Positions 18,188 through 27,186 of a stretch of DNA of 36,109 nt are shown here, piece by piece. Where the stretch lies: contig JAKLKB010000116.1 of NCBI GenBank assembly GCA_023150835.1, forward strand, positions 1 through 36,109, in the 5' to 3' direction. The stretch is from Myxococcota bacterium. GTDB lineage: Bacteria; Myxococcota_C; UBA6777. Below the pieces are notes generated by a model. The model was not told the origin of the DNA. It searched no databases and worked only from the letters and a program-made list of their open reading frames with translations. A program made the position numbers and the translations under genes. Numbering within the stretch: the stretch's first letter is position 1; each line of letters begins with the position of its first letter.

Positions 18188-20800
18188 CTATTCGTTTTCA
18201 GTCATCTTGGGTAGCGGCCAGCGTCGGAAAAACACTTCCATCAGGGCAGGAAGAAAGACAAGGCAGCCAAACAGCAGGGTGATCAGGCCGATTACTGCGG
18301 TCCATCCCATACTGCGCAGCCCGATATGATCCGAAAAGATCAGCGAAGCAAAGCTGATGACGGTCGTCAACGACGCCATAAAGATCGGACCTCCCATCTC
18401 AAGCTGCACACCCAGCGTCCCCAGTTCGGGTTCTTCGTGATAGCGATGGATCAGATGCACACCCGAGTCGACACCGATCCCCAGCAACGACGGGATCACC
18501 ACGATGTTAAAGAGATTGATCGGCAGGTGGAACACCACTTGGATGATCACCAAACCAAACAGGCCCAACAACAACGGCCACAAGGACATCAGCGTCAGTC
18601 GCAGCGAACGCAAACTCACAAACACCAACAGCGCCACCAACAACAAACTCGCCAAGATCACCACAGGACTGTCGCGTTGAAGGTACTCGATGATCCGCGC
18701 CAAGACGATCGCTTCTCCCGACGGGGAATAGGTCATCCCGCCGACTTTCATCGGCTGCAAGATCTCGCTTAATTGCACCGCATGCCAACCATTCGAGGTT
18801 TTCATGGTGTGTTCTACCGTGACAAGATACCCGTTGATCCTGCGGTAATCATTTTTCTCGTACAAGACGAGATCGCGCTGTATAAACAGGGGAAGATCGC
18901 GCACACCAAAGGCAGAGGCATTGAGCATCTTGCGAAAATCACGAAGCTGCTGGCGTTGTTTGGCGTCCTTGATATCATCGTCTTCGATATCTTGGCTGTC
19001 GAGATAACGCTTGATCTTGCGTAGCCATTGCAGTTTGGCCTGTTGTTCGGAAGGAACGAGATCCAGAGCGCTCAGCGTTGCTTTGACCCGAACATCGGCC
19101 TGTTTGCGTTGCTGGTATTCGGTGCGTGCGCGCTTCATAATCCGTTCTTGGAGTGTCTTGGTATCGGGTTGATTGTCTGTGATGTACACGACAGGACTGG
19201 TGTCTTGGCGGGAGATCTTTTTGAATTTTTCCCATCGCTGGTTTTGCTCGCGCAGCCCGCCTTGTTGGAAAGACAACTTGGTGAAATCGTACTCAAAAGG
19301 CAGCCGAGGCAAAAGCACCAAAAAAGCCACAACAGTCACGATCCCCAGAAACATGACGCTCCGAGAGAACGGGAAGTCATGACCCCAATGGCGCGTTCGG
19401 ATCACCGAAACAGCCCCAGCCATCGGCCCCCGATGCTCAAAGATCGCGATCATCGCAGGCATCACGGTACACATCGCCAACAAACACAAGAAAACACCCA
19501 CGCCCCCGATCAAACCAAACTGCGAAAATCCCCGAAAGCGGCTGATCATCAGCGCAAAAAAGCCCGCTGCTGTGGTTGCCGCTCCCACCGCGATCGCCAA
19601 ACCCGTCCAACGAAAGGTGTGTTCGAGCGATTCGTCGATGCTGTGGCCTTTTTTGCGCTCTTCGAGATAACGATCCAACAAGTAGATCCCATAATCGATC
19701 CCCAACCCCAACAACAACACCGCAATAAACCCCGTCAGCGTGTTGAGATAACCGATCATCAGATAGGTCAGGCCCATCGTCCACAACAAACCCATCCCCA
19801 GCGGGATCGGGATCAACCACAACGACCGCTTGCGCCGAAAAAACAAAAACAACAGCAGCATCAAGATCCCTGCCGTCGCTCCAAACGATTGAAAGAGTTC
19901 ACGGCGTATCCCGTCGTATTCTTGAAGGGCCGCCAAAAATCCCCCGCTATAGGTCACTTCCATCTTCGGATGAAAGCGTTTCGCATCGACTTCTTTGGCG
20001 AGCCTCATCAGGTCCGGGATAAATTGCTTGCCAAAGTCCAGATCCGTCGAGACACCACGCGGGCGGATCACCAAGGCCGAATGGACGTTGCCGCCTTGAT
20101 CCACCCGCATCGCTTCGGGAAATCCTTCGCTGCGATCGCGGTATCTGTCTTCGATATCTTTGTAATCAAACCCCGGATCTTTCGCCTCTTTGCCGATCAG
20201 ATCCAACGATGACTGTTTTTTGCGCATCTCATAGCGGATCTTTTGCCGTAGCCGATCATAGAGCTTGCCGAGATCATCGACGCCCAAATAAAGCAACTGA
20301 TGCTTTTCAAAAAACGCTCGTTCCATCCGATGATACGCAAAGATCACCATCGGCGTCTTTTCAAAATGGCGCAGCCATGCGGAAACTTGGGACTGGATGT
20401 AAGCATCTGGATAACGAGAAAGGTGGAAGATATCGCGCAACATCCCGTGCATCCGCTCATATTGATCATCGAGCGCCGCTTCGATGGTGCTCGGAGGCGG
20501 CGCAAAAAGCTCCGTCAAACGGTCGCGCAAAGCCAGCAGATACGCTTCGTTTTGTTTTGCATCGGGAGACGTTGCGATCACAGCCTGATAGCCGAGACCA
20601 TCGTTGGCTTCGATCACACGCTTGAGCGTCTTGGAAGAGGGCAGATCCTTCGGAAGCAAGGTCAAAAAGTCATTTTTGAGTTCGAGTTTTGTGGACCACC
20701 ACAAACAAAAGCCCGAAAAGATCAAGGCTGCGATCAACGTTGTCCACGGATTGCGTCGGCAAAGGTGCGAGATCGCTAGAGGGAAGGAAAAAAACCGCAT
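18188..20800 (-). CDS. MMPL/RND-family lipid transporter (HpnN/YdfJ-like)
   Basis: Two RND halves with LGLGIDYGIYLLDRY and LGIGVDSGVHLIHRY, TTAAGF, SLTT; about 12 TM segments. Confidence 0.92.
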   Translation of the reverse strand: MRFFSFPLAISHLCRRNPWTTLIAALIFSGFCLWWSTKLELKNDFLTLLPKDLPSSKTLKRVIEANDGLGYQAVIATSPDAKQNEAYLLALRDRLTELFAPPPSTIEAALDDQYERMHGMLRDIFHLSRYPDAYIQSQVSAWLRHFEKTPMVIFAYHRMERAFFEKHQLLYLGVDDLGKLYDRLRQKIRYEMRKKQSSLDLIGKEAKDPGFDYKDIEDRYRDRSEGFPEAMRVDQGGNVHSALVIRPRGVSTDLDFGKQFIPDLMRLAKEVDAKRFHPKMEVTYSGGFLAALQEYDGIRRELFQSFGATAGILMLLLFLFFRRKRSLWLIPIPLGMGLLWTMGLTYLMIGYLNTLTGFIAVLLLGLGIDYGIYLLDRYLEERKKGHSIDESLEHTFRWTGLAIAVGAATTAAGFFALMISRFRGFSQFGLIGGVGVFLCLLAMCTVMPAMIAIFEHRGPMAGAVSVIRTRHWGHDFPFSRSVMFLGIVTVVAFLVLLPRLPFEYDFTKLSFQQGGLREQNQRWEKFKKISRQDTSPVVYITDNQPDTKTLQERIMKRARTEYQQRKQADVRVKATLSALDLVPSEQQAKLQWLRKIKRYLDSQDIEDDDIKDAKQRQQLRDFRKMLNASAFGVRDLPLFIQRDLVLYEKNDYRRINGYLVTVEHTMKTSNGWHAVQLSEILQPMKVGGMTYSPSGEAIVLARIIEYLQRDSPVVILASLLLVALLVFVSLRSLRLTLMSLWPLLLGLFGLVIIQVVFHLPINLFNIVVIPSLLGIGVDSGVHLIHRYHEEPELGTLGVQLEMGGPIFMASLTTVISFASLIFSDHIGLRSMGWTAVIGLITLLFGCLVFLPALMEVFFRRWPLPKMTENE

Positions 20801-21034
20801 CGGCTCGCGCTCCCTGTTGAGGGCCGTATGTATCGTTTCTGCAACACCGTTGCACACAAAATACACAAAAGAAGAAAGATCCTGCGGACTTCGGCGTCTG
20901 CTTCAGGATGGAGATAACACGGCGTGCGGAGGCTTGCGAATTTTGTACCGCCCCTCCACGTCAGGGCGGTAGCCGTTCTCAGCGGTCGGATCGGAGGATT
21001 GAAGGTCAGAGGTTCGGGCGGATGCGCTCCGTTC

Positions 21035-21445
21035 CTAGAGCTTAGGGGATTGCAGGATATACCAGAGGATCGCAGTCAGACTGGCGTAATAAAAAGAATT
21101 GGCAGCCCCCGCAAAATCAAAGGTCACACGCTGACCAAAGCACAGGATGGAAAACAAAAAGATCGCCCCAAGAAGTCCCCAACTCATCCAATAGCGCGGC
21201 GTCCCAAGCGCGCTCACCCCAAAACTCAAGGCAGCCAAAACAAACAGCACCGCCACCACCAGCTCGATCAACGCGATCGTCCACCACAACAAGGGCAGCG
21301 GAGCCAAACGACCCAGCCAACTCTTCGCAAATTGCTCGCGAAACCAATCAGGAACCCCGCCGCCAAGCAGCTTGGACAGCGAAGCCTCCCCAAACACCAC
21401 CAGAAAAAGCACGACGATAGCACATTGAAAAACCAGCGATTGCAA
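21035..21445 (-). CDS. DoxX-like four-TM membrane protein
   Basis: SKL..WFREQFAKSWL..IE..FGQR pattern; TTG start after AGGAG. Confidence 0.75.
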   Translation of the reverse strand: MQSLVFQCAIVVLFLVVFGEASLSKLLGGGVPDWFREQFAKSWLGRLAPLPLLWWTIALIELVVAVLFVLAALSFGVSALGTPRYWMSWGLLGAIFLFSILCFGQRVTFDFAGAANSFYYASLTAILWYILQSPKL

Positions 21446-21468
21446 GGGCGCTCTCCTTTTTGTGTGGG

Positions 21469-21588
21469 GTGATACGAAATCCGCCCGTTGTGTGCGTAAA
21501 GAGGTCGGTGCAGCACCCTGTGGCTGCCCTAGAATCGGGTGCCTACGTACTTCCCTTTGCTGTGTGCATCACTCGGATATCGTATGAC
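21469..21588 (+). repeat. Repeat family R2 copy (120 bp, simplest form)
   Basis: TIRs GTGATACGAAATCCG / CGGATATCGTATGAC around a degenerate GCAGC..GGCTGCCC hairpin and GCCTAC. Confidence 0.85.
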
Positions 21589-21685
21589 TCTGTACGCCCC
21601 GAACACAAGGACAAAACCGATCAGGGCGGTGTGTTCGGACTTTTGGACAAGGTATGTCGTGTAGGCGCAAACCAACGAACGGGCA

Positions 21686-22330
21686 TCATGGCGCAAGGCG
21701 TTCGAGGACCCAACCTTCACCCTCGCGGCGATAGTTGACGCGGTCGTGCAAGCGACTGGGGCGACCTTGCCAAAACTCGATGGCCTCGGGTTCGAGGCGA
21801 TAACCGCCCCAATGCGGAGGGCGCGGCACAAGCTCGGTGTGGGCGTATTGATCAGCGATCTCGCGCTCGCGTTGTTCGAGGGCTTGGCGATTGGGCAAGA
21901 CCGCACTTTGGGGAGAGGCCCACGCCCCGATCTGACTGGCTTTTGGGCGTGTACGAAAGTATTCATCCGACTCGATCGCCGAGACTTTTTGGATCCGCCC
22001 GTCGATACGCACTTGTCGTTGCAAGGCCGACCACCAAAACACCAACGAAGCATACGGATTTTCCGCCATCTGCTGCCCTTTGTGGCTGTTGTAGTTGGTA
22101 AAAAATACGAAGCCTTTTTGATCGAACCCTTTGAGCAAGACCACACGGGCGGTTGGGCGGCCTGTTGCATCGGCGGTGGCAAGCACCATCGCGTTGGGTT
22201 CGTGGACTTCGGCTTGAAGGGCTTCTTGGAACCAGTAACCAAATTGATCGAATGGGTTGGGATGTACGGATGACTCGTCCAGTTGCTCTCGTGTGTATTC
22301 TTCCCGCAAAGCGGCGATCTTTTCGTTCAA
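21686..22330 (-). CDS. pdxH: Pyridoxamine 5'-phosphate oxidase
   Basis: [62 protein letters not shown] start at 22330 inferred from GAAAGGA. Confidence 0.96.
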   Translation of the reverse strand: MNEKIAALREEYTREQLDESSVHPNPFDQFGYWFQEALQAEVHEPNAMVLATADATGRPTARVVLLKGFDQKGFVFFTNYNSHKGQQMAENPYASLVFWWSALQRQVRIDGRIQKVSAIESDEYFRTRPKASQIGAWASPQSAVLPNRQALEQREREIADQYAHTELVPRPPHWGGYRLEPEAIEFWQGRPSRLHDRVNYRREGEGWVLERLAP

Positions 22331-22352
22331 GGTTCGATCCTTTCTGTTTGAA

Positions 22353-22704
22353 GTGATACGAGATCCGCCCATCGTATGCGCCAATATGTAGGGGCAGCCC
22401 CATAGGCGCCTTGTGAAGCGGAGGAAAGCCCCCCACCCCGCCCTCCCCCGTGAACAGGGGAGGGAGCGAAAGTCGGAAGCATCGGGGATTTTGTTTTTTC
22501 ATGACGCACGCTGTATGCACCAAATGCAGACGCTGCCCGTTCCAAGGGGGGAGAAAAAAAAGGCGATCAAGACCGACTCTACGAGGTTTCCACCTTAACA
22601 AGGCGCGTATGGGGGCAGCCCCCTGTGGCACGGCTGCCCAAAAACAGGGCGTCTACAGCGGATCGCGCCTACCCTTCGCGCACATCTCTCGGATATCGCG
22701 TGGC
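22353..22704 (+). repeat. Repeat family R2 copy interrupted by an R1 insertion
   Basis: GTGATACGAGATCCG..GTAGGGGCAGCCCC [R1] GGGGCAGCCCCCTGTGG..GGCTGCCCAAAAACAGGGCGTCTACA..CGGATATCGCGTGGC. Confidence 0.85.
22398..22614. repeat. Repeat family R1 copy 3 (second hairpin deleted)
   Basis: 21-bp imperfect TIRs CCCCATAGGCGCCTTGTGAAG / CTTAACAAGGCGCGTATGGGG. Confidence 0.9.
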
Positions 22705-22898
22705 TTGTTGGATGGGGGCTTGGGTTGGATTCGAATGCGCCGTGCCGACACAACCCACGCGAGAGCAGCGGCGGACCGCCGCCCTTCCGAACGTACGATG
22801 CCCCGCTGTACAACGATCTACCGCACTTCACAAGCCCCTTTTTTTGTACTATACACCCAAACGGAACCATCCAACCGCGTAATTTCTAGGAGTATCTC

Positions 22899-23516
22899 GT
22901 GAAACTGTACTGTCACCCCGCCTCGCACAATGTGCGCCGTGTTCTCGCGCTGATCAAACACCTTTCTTTGGATGTCGAGATCTGCGAAGTCGATCTGTTC
23001 CAAGGCGCAACCCGTAAGCCCGAGTATCTTGCGATGAATCCCTTTGGAGGCGTCCCTGCTTTGCAAGATGGCGACTTCGTTTTGACCGAAAGCAACGCCA
23101 TCATGCAATACCTCGCCTCACAAAAGCCCAACTCCCTGTGGCCCGAAGATCTCCGACTGCGCGCCGATATCACACGCTGGCAATTTTGGGAGACGGCCCA
23201 ATTCGGCCTCGCCTGTAGCGGCCTGCTCGTCGAATATCTGCTCAAAGGGATGCGCGGCCAAGAACCCGACCCGACAAAAGTCCAAGAAGCGCTGTCCCGT
23301 TTTAACCGAGCAGCCGGCATCATGAACACACACCTCGCCAAACACGACTACCTTGTCGGCGATCAACTCACCCTCGCCGACCTCTCCATCGCTGCCGATC
23401 TCACGTACGCCACCGTCTCCCGTATCCCACTCGAAACCTACCCCCACATCCAACGCTGGTACGAGCGCATCAGCGCCCTCCCCGCTTGGCTTGCCACACA
23501 GCCCCAAAACGGCTAA
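22899..23516 (+). CDS. Glutathione S-transferase family protein
   Basis: MKLY..S..RRV, NPFGGVPAL, ESNAIMQYLA, YLVGDQLTLADL; GTG start after AGGAG. Confidence 0.95.
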   Translation: MKLYCHPASHNVRRVLALIKHLSLDVEICEVDLFQGATRKPEYLAMNPFGGVPALQDGDFVLTESNAIMQYLASQKPNSLWPEDLRLRADITRWQFWETAQFGLACSGLLVEYLLKGMRGQEPDPTKVQEALSRFNRAAGIMNTHLAKHDYLVGDQLTLADLSIAADLTYATVSRIPLETYPHIQRWYERISALPAWLATQPQNG

Positions 23517-23553
23517 GGCGAAACGGGCATCGTTCCTTTGGCCTCGTGCGGGA

Positions 23554-23679
23554 CTCATACAAAATCCGCTCATCGTGTACACGAAAAATGTAGGGGCAGC
23601 CCCCTGTGGCTGCCCTATTACAGGGCGTCTACAGCAAATCGCACCGACCCCACAAAAACCATCCAACGACATCGGTGTC
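23554..23679 (+). repeat. Repeat family R2 copy (degenerate ends)
   Basis: CTCATACAAAATCCG..GTAGGGGCAGCCCCCTGTGGCTGCCC..CAGGGCGTCTACA; lies between convergent genes. Confidence 0.75.
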
Positions 23680-23708
23680 TGTTCTGCTCCGAAAGCCAAG
23701 GCTTGCTC

Positions 23709-25118
23709 TCACAAGCCCGCTCCCTTTCGGGGCGGGTCATTGACGTCAGCGCTCAAAAACACGCGAGCATGGGTTTTGGCCGTAAGTTTCTGACAAGCGT
23801 CATGCAGGATCTTTTGGATCGCATCGGCATCTTCGGGGGTATACAGCAGGGTGAGGGTTTGTGCGCGAACTTCGGAGAGACCGCGCACCGAGCGATGATG
23901 CGCAAAGTGTTGAAGGATCGCCGAACAATCGGGAAAACGCTGATCGGGATCGTTGGCGGTGGCGCGGCGCACAAACGCAGCAAGATCGTCTGGGGCATTT
24001 TCCACAACGCGGGTGATATCCAAAGAGGGCGTGTGAAGCTGCATTTGTAAAACTTTGGTCGAATTGGGCGCAGGGAAGGGCTTTTTGGCGGTGAGCATAA
24101 TAAACGCGACGACCCCGAGAGCGTAGATATCGACACGATGGTCAAAGGGTTTTCCAGCGATCTGTTCGGGGGCGACGTATCCGGGTGTTCCCATAAAACC
24201 ATCGGAGATATCGGCATCTTTTTCAACACGCGGGGCTTGGGCGATCCCAAAGTCCATCAGTTTGACGCGGCCAGTGCTTTCGAGAAAGATGTTGGCAGGT
24301 TTGATATCGCGGTGGACAACCTTGTGTTCATGGGCGTATTGGAGCGCGGAGGCGGTTTGAACAAGGATCTCGCGGGCCTCATCAAAAGAGGTCTTGCCCT
24401 TGAGTTGGATGTGTTCACCAAGGTTCTGGCCTTGGAGTTTTTCCATCACGATAAAGTACGTACCATAGGCTTCTTCGGCGTCGTACACTTGCACGATATT
24501 TTCATGCGAAAGGTTTGCGATCAGTTGTGCTTCGGCTTGGAAGCGCTTGACGAAGGAGATGTTGTAGCTAAGCGAGTGATCGAGCATCTTGACGGCGACT
24601 TGGCGATCGAGGGTTTGGTGCTGGCCGTTGAAGACGATGGCTGTCCCCCCGCGCCCGAGCCGACTCACCAACGTGTACTTGCCGACTTGGCGCATCTTTT
24701 CGGATTCAAGAAGGCGCTTCGACAAGATCTCGGTCAAAAAGCGGGCGATGGCGGGATGTTGTCGCAACAGCAAGTCGACTTCTTGCTTCTTCATCTCAAG
24801 ACAGACGCACTTGCTATCCCCAACAACGATCACATCTGCCGAGCGCTTTTCCCCCGTCAACAGGGCCATCTCACCAAAGACGTTGCCTGCTTCAAGGCGT
24901 GCCGTAAAACGCACCGCACCATCCGCATCAAGGATCGGGATCAACACTGCCCCTTCCATGATCACGTACATCGCATCGCCGTCTTCGCCTTTGCGCAACA
25001 CAGCTTCGTTGGGTGCAAAGCTCCTTCGGTTGGCCTTTTCGACGAGGCGCTCGGCTTCCTCTTCGGAGAGGGTACTAAAGGCTGGGATCTTCAGAAGGAT
25101 CTCGACGTCTTTGTTCAT
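23709..25118 (-). CDS. Cyclic-nucleotide-binding domain / Hanks-type Ser/Thr kinase fusion
   Basis: cNMP cassette FGEMALLTGEKRSADV; kinase motifs LGRGG, VAVK, HRDIKPAN, DFG, GTPGYVAPE and DIYALG. No TM segment. Confidence 0.93.
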   Translation of the reverse strand: MNKDVEILLKIPAFSTLSEEEAERLVEKANRRSFAPNEAVLRKGEDGDAMYVIMEGAVLIPILDADGAVRFTARLEAGNVFGEMALLTGEKRSADVIVVGDSKCVCLEMKKQEVDLLLRQHPAIARFLTEILSKRLLESEKMRQVGKYTLVSRLGRGGTAIVFNGQHQTLDRQVAVKMLDHSLSYNISFVKRFQAEAQLIANLSHENIVQVYDAEEAYGTYFIVMEKLQGQNLGEHIQLKGKTSFDEAREILVQTASALQYAHEHKVVHRDIKPANIFLESTGRVKLMDFGIAQAPRVEKDADISDGFMGTPGYVAPEQIAGKPFDHRVDIYALGVVAFIMLTAKKPFPAPNSTKVLQMQLHTPSLDITRVVENAPDDLAAFVRRATANDPDQRFPDCSAILQHFAHHRSVRGLSEVRAQTLTLLYTPEDADAIQKILHDACQKLTAKTHARVFLSADVNDPPRKGAGL

Positions 25119-25169
25119 CAGAAAATGTCCTTATCCAAAGCAATGGGCCAAAAGTTCAAGGAACGCAGA

Positions 25170-25225
25170 TCGTAGACGATCAGAGGCGCAAGACCATTCG
25201 TAGACGATCAGAGGCGCAAGACCAT
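25170..25225. repeat. Perfect 28-bp tandem duplication covering the 3' end of the MBL gene
   Basis: TCGTAGACGATCAGAGGCGCAAGACCAT twice. Confidence 0.9.
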
Positions 25226-26032
25226 CCCTTCGCGAGCGACGCGTGCGCCCGGCAGAGCGATATCCATCTCGGCTTGGACCTGATCGAGAAAGTCGTCATC
25301 ATGTGTCGGATCATGATGAAAAGTGACCAACATTCGGGCTTGTGCAGCTTTTGCAAGCCGAACGCCTTCTTGCCATGTCGAGTGGCCCCATCCGACAAAA
25401 CGGGGGTATTCTTCGTCTGTGTATGTGCTGTCATAGATCAAGATATCGGTCCCTCGGACCAGATCAAGGATGGCTTGATCGATCCCGTCGTGTCGGTGTT
25501 CGGTGTCGGTGATGTAGCAGACCGATCGGCCACCCGCTTCGACGCGATAACCCGTCGCACCGCCGGGATGGTGAAGCGGAGCTGTACGGATCGTCAAGCC
25601 TTCGATCAGTTGGAGAGAATCACCCGCTCGAAAATCGTGGAAAGAAAGCTGCGCAGACATCGCCTCGGGATCCACAGGAAAAAACGGATGCGCAATAATC
25701 CGATGCACCACAGAACGCAGATCTTGGCCTTCGGCGAGATGCCCTGCCCACACTTGGATCTGTGTCGTCGGATGGTACACAGGCGCAAAAAACGGCAAGC
25801 CGTAGATATGGTCAAGATGCGTATGCGAAAAAAACAGATAAAACGGATGAGGCGACGGTAACGTCAAGACATCACCAAGCCGCTTGAGACCGCTGCCCGC
25901 ATCAAAGATCAACAGATGCTCGTTAAATCGCACTTCCACACAAGAAGTATTTCCGCCATAGCGCAGCGTCTCTGGCCCCGGACAAGGGATGCTTCCGCGT
26001 ACGCCCCAAAATCGAACAAAGAAATCCCTCAC
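25208..26032 (-). CDS. MBL-fold metallo-hydrolase (PhnP / cyclic phosphodiesterase-like)
   Basis: FWGVRGS, YGGNTSC, DAGSG, HTHLDH, HPGG, TDTEH, WGHS, FHHDP. Start GTG 26032 or TTG 26035 inferred. Confidence 0.9.
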   Translation of the reverse strand: MRDFFVRFWGVRGSIPCPGPETLRYGGNTSCVEVRFNEHLLIFDAGSGLKRLGDVLTLPSPHPFYLFFSHTHLDHIYGLPFFAPVYHPTTQIQVWAGHLAEGQDLRSVVHRIIAHPFFPVDPEAMSAQLSFHDFRAGDSLQLIEGLTIRTAPLHHPGGATGYRVEAGGRSVCYITDTEHRHDGIDQAILDLVRGTDILIYDSTYTDEEYPRFVGWGHSTWQEGVRLAKAAQARMLVTFHHDPTHDDDFLDQVQAEMDIALPGARVAREGMVLRL

Positions 26033-26263
26033 CAACGCGACGCTCCCTTCTCTCCCAAAAAAAAGAAACACGCCCAACAACACACGCCCAAAGAACGTAC
26101 TGCGTGTTTTGTGACATACTCACCCACAAGAGTCGATCCCTTCAAAACCATCCGACACCACCGCACACGCGGCAAAAAACGTTGCGAGGTTAACAGCCTT
26201 CACCTACAGCGTCAAGTTGCAGACCTCCGCATACCACACGCTCGCGTCCCCTTGCTGCGCACG

Positions 26264-27184
26264 TTACGACGACGGATCCCCTATGCGCAAAGGCCCATCA
26301 CAAGGGAGTGTTTCGTGAAAAGGCCGCAAGTCTAGCTGCGTACGCCCATCTGGGAGACGCTCGATCACGTCCACAAATCGCCGATTCCACAAGATATCCG
26401 ATGCCGTATACAAAAAATAAGCGTGAACCGTCTGTGCCAACACACCGTCGATCCCCGTCAAGGACAAAAAGATCCGCATATCCGAGCGTTTCATCTCTTC
26501 AAAGCTCATACCATACAACGGACTCTCTTGATTGATCGGATGGATCACCGTCCAACTCAACAAAAACAGCGGAGATGTGCTGCGTTGCAGCTTCATATCG
26601 TGCAAGCGCTTCATCACATCGCCCTCTTTTGTCCGCTCGTCGAGCAACACCGTCATCGAAAGATTGGCCTCGATGATGTTGGATCCACGCCGATTGGCAA
26701 GCCGAAACACCAAGCAGGGAACGCCATCGCGCTCATGGATCACCATGCACCGACTAAACAACACCCGCGCTGTAGGCCGCGCAAACTTCGCAAAGATCAG
26801 CCCCGTCGTCATCGCCACGCACACGATCCCCACCAACGCCTCGATCGTAACGATCAGATTCGCCCATACCCCTTGCGGTGAGATCACCCCATAGCCGATC
26901 GTCGAAAAGGTCTGCACACTAAAAAAAAACGCATCCAACCATCCCCCTTTGCTGCCTTGCAAACTCTGTGGGATCAACCAATACGCCGTCGCAAACACCG
27001 CATTGATCGCAAAATAAAAGCAAGCCGCCAACACAAACAGCCAACGCCACTTGCTTTGCAGCAACGACGCATACACATCCTCGATCGGAGAACGCCGCCC
27101 ACCGATGATCCGCATCATCGCCGCAGGTTCTTGTACGGCTTGAGACAGATGCACCGTCGAGACTTTCGAACGAGTCATCCTCAT
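26264..27184 (-). CDS. KirBac-type inward-rectifier potassium channel
   Basis: DxY..W slide helix, FFFSVQTFSTIGYG filter, GLIFAKFARP, FRLANRR, W.V.HPI..SPLYG. Confidence 0.95.
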   Translation of the reverse strand: MRMTRSKVSTVHLSQAVQEPAAMMRIIGGRRSPIEDVYASLLQSKWRWLFVLAACFYFAINAVFATAYWLIPQSLQGSKGGWLDAFFFSVQTFSTIGYGVISPQGVWANLIVTIEALVGIVCVAMTTGLIFAKFARPTARVLFSRCMVIHERDGVPCLVFRLANRRGSNIIEANLSMTVLLDERTKEGDVMKRLHDMKLQRSTSPLFLLSWTVIHPINQESPLYGMSFEEMKRSDMRIFLSLTGIDGVLAQTVHAYFLYTASDILWNRRFVDVIERLPDGRTQLDLRPFHETLPCDGPLRIGDPSS

Positions 27185-27186
27185 CG

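Noticed and set aside
12717-20800. A sterol/hopanoid pathway cluster (CAP protein, desaturase-family enzyme, MMPL)
   Set aside because: The genes are in different orientations and separated by upp and repeats; no cyclase or isoprenoid genes are present.
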